Positions 1 through 10,953 of a stretch of DNA of 64,000 bases are shown here, piece after piece. Origin of the DNA: an uncultured Pseudomonadota bacterium (GTDB taxonomy: Bacteria > Myxococcota_A > Polyangia > Fen-1088); contig CAWKBC010000001.1 of assembly GCA_963847705.1 (NCBI GenBank), positions 166,265 to 230,264 of the forward strand, in the 5' to 3' direction. The notes under the pieces were generated by a model. That model saw nothing but the letters and a program-made list of their open reading frames with translations, made no database searches and was not told the origin of the DNA. Position 1 is the stretch's first letter. Each line of letters starts with the position of its first letter. Made by a program: the position numbers and the translations under genes.

Positions 1-247
1 TGCAGTCGGTCATGGCCAAGCAGCCGTTGAGCGCGTTCTCGGAGTCGGATCGTCCGGCGCTGGACATGGACTGCAGGGAGTTGTTGACCACGTTCTTGCA
101 CTGGGCCGCGGTGATCCCCGAAAGAGAGTCGCAGTCACCGGCCCTCTGACATACGGACCCGGCGAGGTCGTTGCCGCTCTGACGGCAGCCTGTGGCTCCC
201 CCCGCCAGGATCCCGACGGCCATGGTTGCCGAGAATATCTTCCACAT
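1..247 (-). CDS. Small Cys-rich lipoprotein (partial, runs off the window start)
   Basis: Manual translation MWKIFSATMAVGILAGGATG-C-RQSGNDLAGSVCQRAGDC...; lipobox ATGC; purine-rich stretch upstream. Not in the ORF track because there is no stop in the window. Confidence 0.7.
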   Translation of the reverse strand, partial: MWKIFSATMAVGILAGGATGCRQSGNDLAGSVCQRAGDCDSLSGITAAQCKNVVNNSLQSMSSAGRSDSENALNGCLAMTDC

Positions 248-341
248 TCGCGATCGCTCTTTTCTCTTCGCGCAGTCCGTCCGAGACGAAAGCCGGGCGC
301 CGACCAAGGACAGCTGAGGCGCAGCGCTGGTCACTTCAAGA

Positions 342-368
342 CTTGTCGTCTCGCGTCCCCGTTTGTCA
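342..368 (-). promoter_or_regulatory. Putative promoter motif TGACAA-N15-GACAAG
   Basis: Copy of the recurring bipartite motif, upstream of the CDS starting at 247. Confidence 0.5.
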
Positions 369-397
369 GAAGACCTCATCGCAGCGCGACGAAGGCG

Positions 398-658
398 TCA
401 GCGATGCAGGAGTCGGAGCATCGCCGTCAACCCGATGAAGAGTGCCGCCGCCGAGAGGGACCAGAGGAGAACCAGCCGCAGGCGGCGTCGACGAGTGCGC
501 CGGTCGTCCAGCGCACGCATCAACCTTTCGAACCCCGCTTTCGAGTCGAGTCCAGTCGCCGGAATCTCCAGGCCCAGGATGCGACTGACCTTGCTCCGCT
601 CGATGAGCTCCTGGTCCTCTGAACCGAGGTTTCCCATTTCTTCCAGGTCTCGATCCAT
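398..658 (-). CDS. Small membrane protein resembling an anti-sigma N-terminus (acidic domain, Arg run, one C-terminal TM)
   Basis: MDRDLEE...GFERLMRALDDRRTRRRRLRLVLLWSLSAAALFIGLTAML; starts 2 nt after the GH27 stop. Confidence 0.6.
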   Translation of the reverse strand: MDRDLEEMGNLGSEDQELIERSKVSRILGLEIPATGLDSKAGFERLMRALDDRRTRRRRLRLVLLWSLSAAALFIGLTAMLRLLHR

Positions 659-660
659 CT

Positions 661-2271
661 CTACTGGGCGCTCGTCACCTTCAGCATCGTGACGCCGTGG
701 CTCGGAACGGAGGTGGCCGTGAATGATCCGGTGAACGTCCCCAGGTCCGTGTGGCTCCAGAGGTCGCGCACCGTCGCAGAGCCGGTGGGGATGCCGAGCG
801 CGCTCCATTGAACGGTGATCGACGCGGTCGAGGTGCCGCGGTTGAGCAGCGCCACCGCGCGCGTGTTCGTGCCCGACAGCGTCTTCGACCAGACCTGCAG
901 GTTCGTGCCCGGCGAAGCGACGAGGCGTCCCTGCACGCCCATCGGATCCTGGTCCACCGCGATGACCTCGCTGTTCGTGAGCGTCGCCTTGGTGGCCGCG
1001 CTCATGCTGCGCAGATCATTTCCCGCGATGAGCGGGGCCGCGAGAATCGCCCACATGCTGAAGTGGGTCTGCCCCTCGGTGTCGGTCAACCCGTTGCCGA
1101 CCTCCATCATGTCGGGATCGTTCCAGTGTCCGGGCGCCGCGTACGAATAGAGGTTGGCGTCCTGATCGACGAGGCCGATCATGGATGACCAGCTCCCGTT
1201 GATGTCGAAGCCGATGCGCCACATGTTGGCGATCGAGACCAGGTTGATCGAGCAGGTGTTCGGCGGGCAGCCGGAGCCGTCTCCTGGATTGATGCTGTAG
1301 AAGATGGAGCGCCCGGTCGCGCGGAGGGCGTCCCGCATGACGGAAAATCCACTCAGCGGACCCGTGCACTTGTCGTACTTGAGATAGTCGATCCCCCACG
1401 AGGCGAACGTCTGCGCGTCGCTCGTCTCGTGCCCCTGGCTGCCGACGCCCGCCGCGCCGAGACTGCCGTAAAGGCTGGCGCAGGTCTTCGTGTTGGGCGT
1501 TTCGTAGATCCCGATCTTGAGGCCCTTGCCGTGGACGTAGCTTGCCAGCGCAGGAATTCCCGAGGGGAACTTGGTGGTGTCCCACTGGATCTTTCCGCTC
1601 GAATCGCGGCCGTTCATCCAGCAGTCGTCCAGGCTGACGTATTGGTAACCGACCGCCGCCATGCCGCTCGAGACGAAGGTGTCGGCCATCTGCTTGATGA
1701 GCGTCTCGTTCAGGCTGCACTGGAAGGTGTTCCACGAGTTCCAGCCCATGGGAGGCAGAGCGCCGAGAATCCCACTCGCTCCCGCGGCGCCGCCGGTGCC
1801 GGCTCCGCCGCCGCCTGCGGTTCCCCCCGAGCCAGTCGCTCCTCCTCGACCGCCTGCACCGGCGACGCCTCCGGAACCCGTCGACGCCCCGTGACCGCCC
1901 GATCCACCGGTGGCGCCTGTGCCGCCCTGCCCGTTGGTGCCGCCTTTGCCACCCGCGCCGCTTCCGCCCGTGGTGCCGGCCGTTCCGGCCGACCCCGCGC
2001 TCCCACCAGCGCCGCCCGAGCCCAACGTCCCCCCGGAAGCGGGCGTACCGCCCGAGCCCGGTGCTCCTCCCGAGCCCCTGATCCCTCCCGAGCCGGTCGA
2101 TCCGCCTGAGCTCGGCGACTCCCCCCCGGAGCCGTTCGATCCTCCCGAGGCGCTGCTTCCCCCTGGTCCGGCGTCCGACTCCGTCATCGGTGTGCCGCAG
2201 GCGGCCCACGACGTCAGCAGAACGGCGCAGCAAAGCACGAGGCGAAGGTCCGATCGCGAATAGACGCTCAT
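661..2271 (-). CDS. GH27 alpha-galactosidase/beta-L-arabinopyranosidase lipoprotein with Gly/Thr linker
   Basis: PPMGWNSWN, LDDCW, DYLKYD, WNDPDMMEVG motifs; C-terminal beta-sandwich; lipobox WAAC. Confidence 0.92.
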   Translation of the reverse strand: MSVYSRSDLRLVLCCAVLLTSWAACGTPMTESDAGPGGSSASGGSNGSGGESPSSGGSTGSGGIRGSGGAPGSGGTPASGGTLGSGGAGGSAGSAGTAGTTGGSGAGGKGGTNGQGGTGATGGSGGHGASTGSGGVAGAGGRGGATGSGGTAGGGGAGTGGAAGASGILGALPPMGWNSWNTFQCSLNETLIKQMADTFVSSGMAAVGYQYVSLDDCWMNGRDSSGKIQWDTTKFPSGIPALASYVHGKGLKIGIYETPNTKTCASLYGSLGAAGVGSQGHETSDAQTFASWGIDYLKYDKCTGPLSGFSVMRDALRATGRSIFYSINPGDGSGCPPNTCSINLVSIANMWRIGFDINGSWSSMIGLVDQDANLYSYAAPGHWNDPDMMEVGNGLTDTEGQTHFSMWAILAAPLIAGNDLRSMSAATKATLTNSEVIAVDQDPMGVQGRLVASPGTNLQVWSKTLSGTNTRAVALLNRGTSTASITVQWSALGIPTGSATVRDLWSHTDLGTFTGSFTATSVPSHGVTMLKVTSAQ

Positions 2272-2278
2272 GTTATCT

Positions 2279-2304
2279 GTTGTCGGCGAGCAGCCGGCTT
2301 GTCA
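2279..2304 (-). promoter_or_regulatory. Putative promoter TGACAA-N14-GACAAC, 7 nt before ATG 2271
   Basis: Recurring motif; no SD sequence before the ATG. Confidence 0.55.
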
Positions 2305-2394
2305 GAAAATGTTCCATTCCCCGTGGCTCGCCTCCCGAGTGTTTGACGATCTCCTGGACAGGGAGGGTCGTCTGTCGGCGACGGCTCGACCCGT

Positions 2395-3597
<1,203 letters not shown>

Positions 3598-3661
3598 GGA
3601 TACGCATGAAAAGAAACCAGGTGCGATCGCCGTGGCGGTTATTGGACGGCCTCCCCTGTCG

Positions 3662-3688
3662 ATTGCCGTGAGGACGGCGAAGTTGTCA
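3662..3688 (-). promoter_or_regulatory. Putative promoter TGACAA-N15-GGCAAT
   Basis: Recurring motif in the divergent intergenic region. Confidence 0.5.
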
Positions 3689-3767
3689 CAGGAACGAAGG
3701 ATCGGGCCGGAACGTCGAGCAGACGCGACCCGCACAAAGCCCGCCGTCCTGAGCCCGTCTCGTTTCA

Positions 3768-3794
3768 TGACAACAGAACGGCGAGAACGACAAA
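3768..3794 (+). promoter_or_regulatory. Putative promoter TGACAA-N15-GACAAA
   Basis: Recurring motif upstream of GH10. Confidence 0.5.
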
Positions 3795-3874
3795 CATTCA
3801 AAACCACGTGCCAGGTCGACGGTCGCGTGCGCGCGGCGGTTCACCCGAGCCCCCAACTTCGATGGGACGGATAC

Positions 3875-5200
3875 ATGCGTCGATCTGATGGACTGTTCAT
3901 GCGACGGATCGGGACCGGTGTCGCAATGATGGCCATGCTCGGCCTGTCATGCGCCGGCAGCGAGGATGTCACCTCTGGAGCTGGCGGTAGCCCCGGCAGC
4001 GGTGGCGCCAGCGCGGCGACCGGCGGCGCCAGCTCGGCGAGCGGCGGCGCATTCGGGTCGGGCGGGATCTTGGGGAGCGGCGGCAACGGAGCAGGCGGCG
4101 TGACGGGGACCGGCGGAACGGAGACAGGGGGCATCGCAGGCGGCGGTGCGTCCGGGTCCGCGGGCGGAGGCACGTCGGGACGGGCGGGCAGCGGCGGCGC
4201 GGGTGCCGGCGGACGAGGCGGTGAGGCCGGCGCCCCGGGGCGCGGCGGCGCGGCCGGTGCCGGCACCGTCGGTGCTGCCGGGACCTCGGGCACGGGCGGC
4301 ACCACCGGGACTGGAGGTGGCGGAACCATCCAGTGGCCGAAGAAATTCTTGGGGAACATCACCCAGCGCGGCCAGATCCCCTCGAACTTCACGACCTACT
4401 GGGATCAGATCGTCCCGGAGAACGAGGGGAAGTGGGGCTCGGTCGAAGGGACGCAAGGCCAGTACAACTGGACCGCGCTCGACAACATTCACAGCTTCGC
4501 CAAGCAGCACAATATCCCCTTCAAGGAACACAATTTCGTCTGGGGGAGCCAGCAGCCGGGCTGGATCGGTGGCCTGTCGCAAGCCAACCAGAAGGCGGCG
4601 GTCGAGGACTGGATCAAGCAGTTCTGCACCCGTTATCCGGACACGCAGATGATCGACGTGCTCAACGAGCCACCGCCTCACACGACGCCGTCCTACCTGG
4701 CCGCGCTGGGCGGTGCCGGTGCCAGCGGTTACGACTGGGTCATCACCATCTTCAAGTGGGCACGTCAGTACTGCCCCACCTCGATCCTGATCGTGAACGA
4801 TTACAACATCATCGAGCAGTCGGGCGACAACAACAACATGATCAAGCTCGTCACCAGCGCGATGAAGGGGGGCGCGCCGATCGACGCCATCGGGGCTCAG
4901 TCGCACGGTCTGACCAACGCCTCGGCCAGCACCACGCAGATGTACATCGACAAGCTGTCCTCGTCGACGGGCCTGCCGGTGCTGATCAGCGAGTTCGACC
5001 TCAACATCGCCGACGACACGCAGCAAAAGAATCAGATGCAGAGCCTGTTCACCATGTTCTGGAACGACACCAACGTGAAGGGCGTCACCTACTGGGGGTA
5101 CATCCAGGGCGAGACCTGGGAGACGAACACCTGGCTCCTGAGCAGCGGCGGCACAGAACGTTCGGCGATGAGTTGGCTCATGCAGTTCGTCGGACGGTAG
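3875..5200 (+). CDS. GH10 endo-1,4-beta-xylanase lipoprotein
   Basis: PENEGKWG, HNFVWGSQ, DVLNEP (acid/base), ISEFD (nucleophile); LGLSC lipobox; Gly linker. Confidence 0.92.
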   Translation: MRRSDGLFMRRIGTGVAMMAMLGLSCAGSEDVTSGAGGSPGSGGASAATGGASSASGGAFGSGGILGSGGNGAGGVTGTGGTETGGIAGGGASGSAGGGTSGRAGSGGAGAGGRGGEAGAPGRGGAAGAGTVGAAGTSGTGGTTGTGGGGTIQWPKKFLGNITQRGQIPSNFTTYWDQIVPENEGKWGSVEGTQGQYNWTALDNIHSFAKQHNIPFKEHNFVWGSQQPGWIGGLSQANQKAAVEDWIKQFCTRYPDTQMIDVLNEPPPHTTPSYLAALGGAGASGYDWVITIFKWARQYCPTSILIVNDYNIIEQSGDNNNMIKLVTSAMKGGAPIDAIGAQSHGLTNASASTTQMYIDKLSSSTGLPVLISEFDLNIADDTQQKNQMQSLFTMFWNDTNVKGVTYWGYIQGETWETNTWLLSSGGTERSAMSWLMQFVGR

Positions 5201-5232
5201 CCAAAAAAAGCACGTCTGGCTGCCAAATGGTG

Positions 5233-5257
5233 ACACAAACGGTGGCCGCCAGACAGA
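5233..5257 (+). promoter_or_regulatory. Putative promoter ACACAA-N13-GACAGA, 7 nt before ATG 5265
   Basis: Recurring motif; leaderless geometry. Confidence 0.55.
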
Positions 5258-5264
5258 TACTTAC

Positions 5265-7757
5265 ATGAGGACCATTCTGAATCCGGCCGCTGCGATCGGC
5301 GCCCTCGCGCTGGCGCTGCTGACGGGGCCGCGCGCGGCGAACGCCACCAACTACACCATCACGGTAGATGCATCGAAGCAGACCGCGGGCAACCCGCCTT
5401 TCTGGGCGGCCAGCGTCGGGACGGGCACGGCCAGCCTCACGCTGCGGTCCGATCTCGAGACGCACTACAAGATCGGCGCCCGCGAGGCCGGCTTCAAGCG
5501 CGTGCGTGGTCACGGCGTCCTCAGTGACGCCATGGGCATCTACAAGGGTCCCGGCTCTTACAGCTGGACGAACTTCGACAAGTACCTGGCCGCCATCGTC
5601 TCGGCGGGGATGCGCCCGATCATGGAGATGGACTTCATGCCGACGGCCCTCGCGCTGAACGGCAACGACAAGGACATCTACAAGAGCGTGACCGACTACA
5701 AGAACTTCATCCAGGCGGTGGTCCAGCACTGCGTGGACAAGTACGGCATGTCGGACGTCTCGCAGTGGTACTGGGAGATCTGGAACGAGCCCGACTATCC
5801 GGGTTTCTGGAACGGTTCGAACTCCAGCGAGGCGACCAGCGCCAAGATGACCGAGTACTACAGCCTCTACGACGCGGCGGTCGCCGCCATCACCGCCGTC
5901 TTGCCCAGCGCCTTCGTCGGCGGGCCGACCACGACCACCTACGGTCCCATCGGTGACTTCTTGAAGCACTGCAAGAGCGCGGGGACTCGCGTGACCTTCG
6001 CCTCGTCGCACGTCTATCCGGGCGGTGCGAACACTGGCTCCTCGGCGGACGCCAATGGGCTGGTGAGCGACAACAACAGTCGAATCAGCCAGATCACCAG
6101 CGGCGGTTACACCACCTCCTCGGTGATGTCGTTCAACACCGAGTGGAACTCGTCGTACTCCGGCCAGGGCGGCCTCGCCGGTGACGTCGTCACCAGCATG
6201 GACAACAACTGGAACGTCGGCTTCATTCTCAAGGGGACGAAGCTGCTCTCCGACAAGAACTCGGGCAACACGCCGCCGCTCAGCGTGTTCTCGTACTGGG
6301 TGCTGTCGGACGTCTTCGACGAATCGAGCGGCCCCTCCGGCTCCTACATTCTCGGCCAGACGGCAAATGGAACGCTCCCCTTCGGTCAGGTGTTCGGTCT
6401 CATGACCTTCCAGGGGATTCGCAAGGCGTCCTTCAACGCCTTCAAGATGCTGAACTACCTCGGCCCCACGCGCCTGCAGTCGAGCGGCGGCACCAGCAGC
6501 GACGGCGTCGACGCCATGGCCACCACGTCGAGCAGCGGCGACTCGATCCAGATCCTGGCGTACGACCAGTACGCGACGCTCAACACCACCGGCACCGACA
6601 GCGTGACCATCAACGTGAGCAACTTGCCCTCCGCGCTGGCCGGCAATCAGGTCTTCGTCACGCAGTTCATCGTCGACGCCACCCACAGCAACCCGTACAG
6701 CGTCTGGACCAGCCAGAGCAAGCCGACCGCGCCGACCGAGGCCCAGCTGCAAGCCATGAAGGCGGCGCAGCACCTGGCGCTCCTCCAGCCGGTCAGCATG
6801 GCGACCCTCACCACCTCGTACACGACCACCTTCACCATGAACCGGCAGGCGGGGACGCTTCTCATCCTCAGCCTGAAGCGCCCGGTGACCGGACGCGACG
6901 GTCTTGGAACGATGGAAGGCGAGGACTACGACGGCCAATCGGGCGCGACCAAGGAAGACAGCAACGACACCGACCTGGGCCAGTCGATCTCCGTGACCAG
7001 CGGCGGATCGATCTTCTACGACGTGGTCGACTTCAGCGACGCGGGCGTCGGCTCCGTGCAGATGCGCGTCAACGCCTCGGCCGCGACCAACCTCGAGCTC
7101 CACGCCGACTCCGCCACCGGCACGCTGCTCGGCAAGTGCGCCGTCAGCGCCACCAGCGGCGCGTGGGCCACGCAGTCTTGCACCCTGACCCCGATCAGCG
7201 GCGTTCACACGCTCTACGTGGTCTTCGACGGCGCCGCACACCTCAACTGGCTTCTGTTCCAACCGGCCTCGACCAGCACGACCGGGACCGGTGGGAGCGG
7301 CGCCGGCACGGGCGGCTCGAGCGGCACCGGCGGAGTCGGGGGCAAGAGCGGCGGGACCGGCGGCACGGGAACCACCGGCGCCGGTGGTACGGGAACGACC
7401 GGCACCGGTGGCACGGGAACCACCGGGACCGGCGGCACGGGAACCACTGGCACGGGCGGCACGGGAACGACCGGCACAGGTGGCGCGATCGTCAGCGGCA
7501 CGGGCGGCACTGGAACTCCCGGCGCGGGTGGGTCAGGGACCGGCGGCACTGGCACCGGGGGCTCGGGTACGAGCTCAGGGACCGGCGGCTCCGGATTTGG
7601 CGGAGGCACGGGCTCCGGTGGAGCGTCTCCAGCCAGCGGCGGCAGCGGCTGCGCTTGCGACGTGGGCGGTTCGACGGGAGCGCCAGGAACGGGCCTTCTG
7701 CTCGGGCTGGTGATGGTGGTGGCCGGCGTTCGCCGACGGCGCGGCGCACGTCGCTGA
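5265..7757 (+). CDS. GH39 beta-xylosidase + CBM6 + Gly/Thr linker + MYXO-CTERM
   Basis: VRGHG, WEIWNEPD, FNTEWN, FSYWVLSDVFDE; CBM6-like VDFSDAG...LELHADSATG; tail GCACDV...TM...RRRR. Confidence 0.9.
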   Translation: MRTILNPAAAIGALALALLTGPRAANATNYTITVDASKQTAGNPPFWAASVGTGTASLTLRSDLETHYKIGAREAGFKRVRGHGVLSDAMGIYKGPGSYSWTNFDKYLAAIVSAGMRPIMEMDFMPTALALNGNDKDIYKSVTDYKNFIQAVVQHCVDKYGMSDVSQWYWEIWNEPDYPGFWNGSNSSEATSAKMTEYYSLYDAAVAAITAVLPSAFVGGPTTTTYGPIGDFLKHCKSAGTRVTFASSHVYPGGANTGSSADANGLVSDNNSRISQITSGGYTTSSVMSFNTEWNSSYSGQGGLAGDVVTSMDNNWNVGFILKGTKLLSDKNSGNTPPLSVFSYWVLSDVFDESSGPSGSYILGQTANGTLPFGQVFGLMTFQGIRKASFNAFKMLNYLGPTRLQSSGGTSSDGVDAMATTSSSGDSIQILAYDQYATLNTTGTDSVTINVSNLPSALAGNQVFVTQFIVDATHSNPYSVWTSQSKPTAPTEAQLQAMKAAQHLALLQPVSMATLTTSYTTTFTMNRQAGTLLILSLKRPVTGRDGLGTMEGEDYDGQSGATKEDSNDTDLGQSISVTSGGSIFYDVVDFSDAGVGSVQMRVNASAATNLELHADSATGTLLGKCAVSATSGAWATQSCTLTPISGVHTLYVVFDGAAHLNWLLFQPASTSTTGTGGSGAGTGGSSGTGGVGGKSGGTGGTGTTGAGGTGTTGTGGTGTTGTGGTGTTGTGGTGTTGTGGAIVSGTGGTGTPGAGGSGTGGTGTGGSGTSSGTGGSGFGGGTGSGGASPASGGSGCACDVGGSTGAPGTGLLLGLVMVVAGVRRRRGARR

Positions 7758-7791
7758 CGGATCCCGGCGCCCCGTTTCACTTGAGAACGTC

Positions 7792-9459
7792 GTGAGCTCA
7801 CGCCGCACCACGCTGCCGGCGGTCGCCCCGGCACGCCGCTTTGCCCCCGTCGTCGCTCTTCTGGCCGTCGCCTGCACGAGCGGAGCGGCTGACCCCGGCA
7901 CGATCTGCCCCGCCGGTCAGACGGCCTGTGGGGCGACCTGCCTCGACGTCTCCGCCGATCCGCTGAACTGCGGTGGTTGCGGCATTCCTTGCTCGGCGGG
8001 ACAGCTCTGTCAGGCAGGCGCCTGCCAGTGCGCGTCCGGGACATTGTGCAACGGTTCCTGCGTTGCGCCCGATGCCGGCGTCTGCGGTTCCGCCGGCGCG
8101 ACCGGCAGCCCCCCGATGCTGGTGACCTCCGGGCCCGGCGCTTACTGGAAGACGGACGGCGTGTTGACCGCGGTGACGGCCGGCGGCGCCGACGTGACGG
8201 TCGACGAGGCATCGACGGCGCAGACCTGGGAAGGGTTCGGCGGCGCGTTCAACGAGATGGGCTGGAACGATCTCTCCATGCTCAGCCAGACCGACCGTGA
8301 CACGGCGCTCGAGCTGCTTTACGGCGCAGACGGGGCGCGCTTCGTCTTCGGGAGGATCCCGATCGGGGCCAGCGACTATGCAATGGATCGCTACACCGAC
8401 GACGAAACCAGCAGCGGTTCGGACGACCAGCTCACCGGCTTCTCGATCGCCCGCGACATGGAGAGGCTCATCCCCTACGTCAAGGCCGCGCAGGCGGTCA
8501 AACCGAGCATCCGATTCTGGGCCAGCCCCTGGACGCCACCGACCTGGATGAAGCAGGGCCCGTTTTCAGCGGGCAACATGCCGAGCCCCTTCGACGGTGG
8601 GACCATGAAGACCGACGCCGCCACGATGGAGGCGTTCGCGCAGTACCTGATCGCCTTCGTGCAGGCGTACGCGCTGCAGGGAATCAGCATCGAGGCGATC
8701 TCCGCCCAGAATGAGCCGAACTACACTGGAACATACCCGACCTGCGGCTGGTCGCCGGCGCCCTACACGACGTTCATCGGCCAGTATCTCGGCCCGGCCG
8801 TCGCCGGCGCCGGGCTGACGACCAAGATCATGCTCGGCACCTTCAACGGCGGCGGGTCTGACAGATCGATCGTCAGCAGCGTGATGGGCGACGCCACGGC
8901 GCGCGGCTACGTCAAGGTGCTGGGGTATCAGTGGGGGATGCAGAGTGACGTCGCCGGCGCCAAACATTATGACCTTCCCGTTTGGCAAACGGAGCACAAG
9001 TGCGGCAACTATCCCTGGGAGACGCCGTTCGACGCGGCCATGGCGCCCAACGATCAGGCGTACGCGGTCGAGAGCTGGGGCCTCATCCGCGACTGGATCA
9101 GGGCGGGCGTCACCGCGTACAGCGCCTGGAACATGGTGCTGGACACGGTGGGCGTCGGAATCGACTCGACGCGCGTGTGGCCACAGGACGCCCTTCTGGT
9201 GGTGGACACATCCGCCAAGACGCTGATCGTCACGCCGGCCTATTATGTCTTCCGGCACCTCTCGCAATTCGTGGCACCGGGAGCCAAGGTCCTGGCGACG
9301 ACCGGCGGCGACGCCTTGGCATTCAAGAACCCAGACGGCAGCCTCGTCGCCGTGCTCTACAACTCCGGGTCGGCCAAGATGATGACCGTCGCCCTCGCCG
9401 GCAAGAAGCTTCAATTCGCCATGCCCGCCGACGGCTGGGCCACCGTGCTGTCGCGCTGA
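7792..9459 (+). CDS. GH30 hydrolase lipoprotein with N-terminal Cys-rich (Stig1/MXAN_6577-like) repeat
   Basis: EGFGGAFNE, RIPIGASD, ASPWTPPTWMK, QNEP, QTE motifs; DPLNCGGCG repeat; AVAC lipobox. Confidence 0.88.
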   Translation: MSSRRTTLPAVAPARRFAPVVALLAVACTSGAADPGTICPAGQTACGATCLDVSADPLNCGGCGIPCSAGQLCQAGACQCASGTLCNGSCVAPDAGVCGSAGATGSPPMLVTSGPGAYWKTDGVLTAVTAGGADVTVDEASTAQTWEGFGGAFNEMGWNDLSMLSQTDRDTALELLYGADGARFVFGRIPIGASDYAMDRYTDDETSSGSDDQLTGFSIARDMERLIPYVKAAQAVKPSIRFWASPWTPPTWMKQGPFSAGNMPSPFDGGTMKTDAATMEAFAQYLIAFVQAYALQGISIEAISAQNEPNYTGTYPTCGWSPAPYTTFIGQYLGPAVAGAGLTTKIMLGTFNGGGSDRSIVSSVMGDATARGYVKVLGYQWGMQSDVAGAKHYDLPVWQTEHKCGNYPWETPFDAAMAPNDQAYAVESWGLIRDWIRAGVTAYSAWNMVLDTVGVGIDSTRVWPQDALLVVDTSAKTLIVTPAYYVFRHLSQFVAPGAKVLATTGGDALAFKNPDGSLVAVLYNSGSAKMMTVALAGKKLQFAMPADGWATVLSR

Positions 9460-9538
9460 CCGAACCGGAGCGCACAAATGAATTCGGCCGGTCCCGCGCA
9501 GCGGAACCGGCCGAATCGTGACGATGCCTCGAGCGGGG

Positions 9539-10942
9539 CTAGTTCATCGGGAAGGCCTGGATGTAGAGCTTCTGATTGCTCCCGCCGCTGCAATCCCAGA
9601 TTTGCATCGGCAGGCCGGGCGAGGTGCTTCCGGCATTTTCGTCCATGCAGCGATTGGCCTGGACGTTCTTGAAGATGAAGGCGCCGGTCTGGGCGTCCGC
9701 GGTGATGTTCCAGGCCTCGCTCGGCTTTCCGGCCTGACAGTCGTTGATCCGGAGCTGGGTCGAGTTGCCCAGCGAGCTGCCGCTGCCTGCCAGGTCGATG
9801 CACTTGGTGTTGTTGGCGTTCATCACGATGTGCCAGTTCGGTCCGTCGGGGAGCAGGTTGAACATCTGGGGCGTTCCGTTCCAGGTCGTGTACTGCTGGA
9901 CAGTGGTCCCGTCAGTGGTCGAGCCGTTGGCGATGTCGAGCGAGACGTTGCCGCCACCGGTCAGCGGAGCCAGACGGTAGATGTAGCCCGAGTCGAAGAC
10001 CGGCGTGTAGTTGTTGTTGCGCCAGACGGTGATGCCGTGCTGCCAGACGCCGCCATTCGAGGGGCTGGTCAGGGCCTTGTAGCCATCGGGGCAGCCAGCC
10101 GCGGGATTCGTGTTCGAGCCGGGAGGGCAGCTTCCCCCGACCCCAGCGCTGAATTGCCCCACCGATCCAGGCGCATTCTGGCAGAGCGCGCCGCTGCCGA
10201 ACGGGTTGACGTAGGGAGCGCCGACCTGATTGGCGCCGAGGCGACCGGCGACGACGCCGCTGGCGCCGCCGGGGAAGCCCGCACCCTCGCAGTAGTAGGC
10301 GACCGGCGCGACCACGGTGGGCTTGGAGAGGTTGGTGAGCGATCCGGTGTCCAGGATGTCGCCAAAGAAGGTCCCCTCCTGCATCGGGTAGTTCACCCGA
10401 TCGACGCCCCAGCCGATGCTCGGGTCATTGGAGTCGAGCCAGAGGGGGACGTGAACCCCCGCGGTGTTGACGTGGGCGATCATGCAGGCGGAGAGGCCCT
10501 CCATGCAGGTCGAGTTGGTCGAAACGCCACCGTTCTTCCAGGCGGGGCAGAGACCAAGCCCGCCTGCGTAGGTGTAGTTGACGCCATTCTGATCCTGCTT
10601 GACCAGCGTGTCGTTGGCGTTGAGGGCGCACTTGACCAGGTAGGAGATCGTCTTGCGGCCGCCCGAGGTGGTCATGAGGCCATTGATCGACGACAGGCCG
10701 TTGATCGACGACAGGCCGTTGATCGACGACAGGCCATTGATCGACGACAGGCCGTTGATCGACGACAGGCCGTTGATCGACGACAGACCGTTGATCGACG
10801 ACAGGCCGTTGATCGACGACAGCGCGAAATCGTGACTGGTGGTCTCGACGTCGCCAGCCTGGTCACCGCCGCAGCCGATGAGGCCCACGATGGCGCCGAG
10901 CGCGATGCTGATCTGGATGGTTCTTTTACCGAGTTCTCGCAT
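9539..10942 (-). CDS. Lipoprotein: (SSINGL)8 repeat + Cys-rich domain of unknown function + ricin B-type lectin
   Basis: LIGC lipobox; YLVKCAL..GLGLCPAW..LSACMIAHVN..EGTFFG domain; ricin-like QIWDCSGGSNQK; SD-like AGGGGG upstream of ATG 10942. Confidence 0.85.
   Translation of the reverse strand: MRELGKRTIQISIALGAIVGLIGCGGDQAGDVETTSHDFALSSINGLSSINGLSSINGLSSINGLSSINGLSSINGLSSINGLSSINGLMTTSGGRKTISYLVKCALNANDTLVKQDQNGVNYTYAGGLGLCPAWKNGGVSTNSTCMEGLSACMIAHVNTAGVHVPLWLDSNDPSIGWGVDRVNYPMQEGTFFGDILDTGSLTNLSKPTVVAPVAYYCEGAGFPGGASGVVAGRLGANQVGAPYVNPFGSGALCQNAPGSVGQFSAGVGGSCPPGSNTNPAAGCPDGYKALTSPSNGGVWQHGITVWRNNNYTPVFDSGYIYRLAPLTGGGNVSLDIANGSTTDGTTVQQYTTWNGTPQMFNLLPDGPNWHIVMNANNTKCIDLAGSGSSLGNSTQLRINDCQAGKPSEAWNITADAQTGAFIFKNVQANRCMDENAGSTSPGLPMQIWDCSGGSNQKLYIQAFPMN
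10677..10820. repeat. 8 x 18-bp coding tandem repeat (aggccgttgatcgacgac)
   Basis: Directly visible; variants only at synonymous positions; encodes SSINGL. Confidence 0.95.
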
Positions 10943-10953
10943 GATGGTTTCCC

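Noticed and set aside
7280-7650. Gly-rich tracts as PE-PGRS, collagen or ice-nucleation domains
   Set aside because: No PE domain, no strict Gly-X-Y register and no AGYGSTxT octapeptide; they sit as inter-domain linkers
10677-10820. 18-bp repeats (here and at 36339) as a CRISPR array
   Set aside because: No spacers, in-frame coding repeats, and no cas genes
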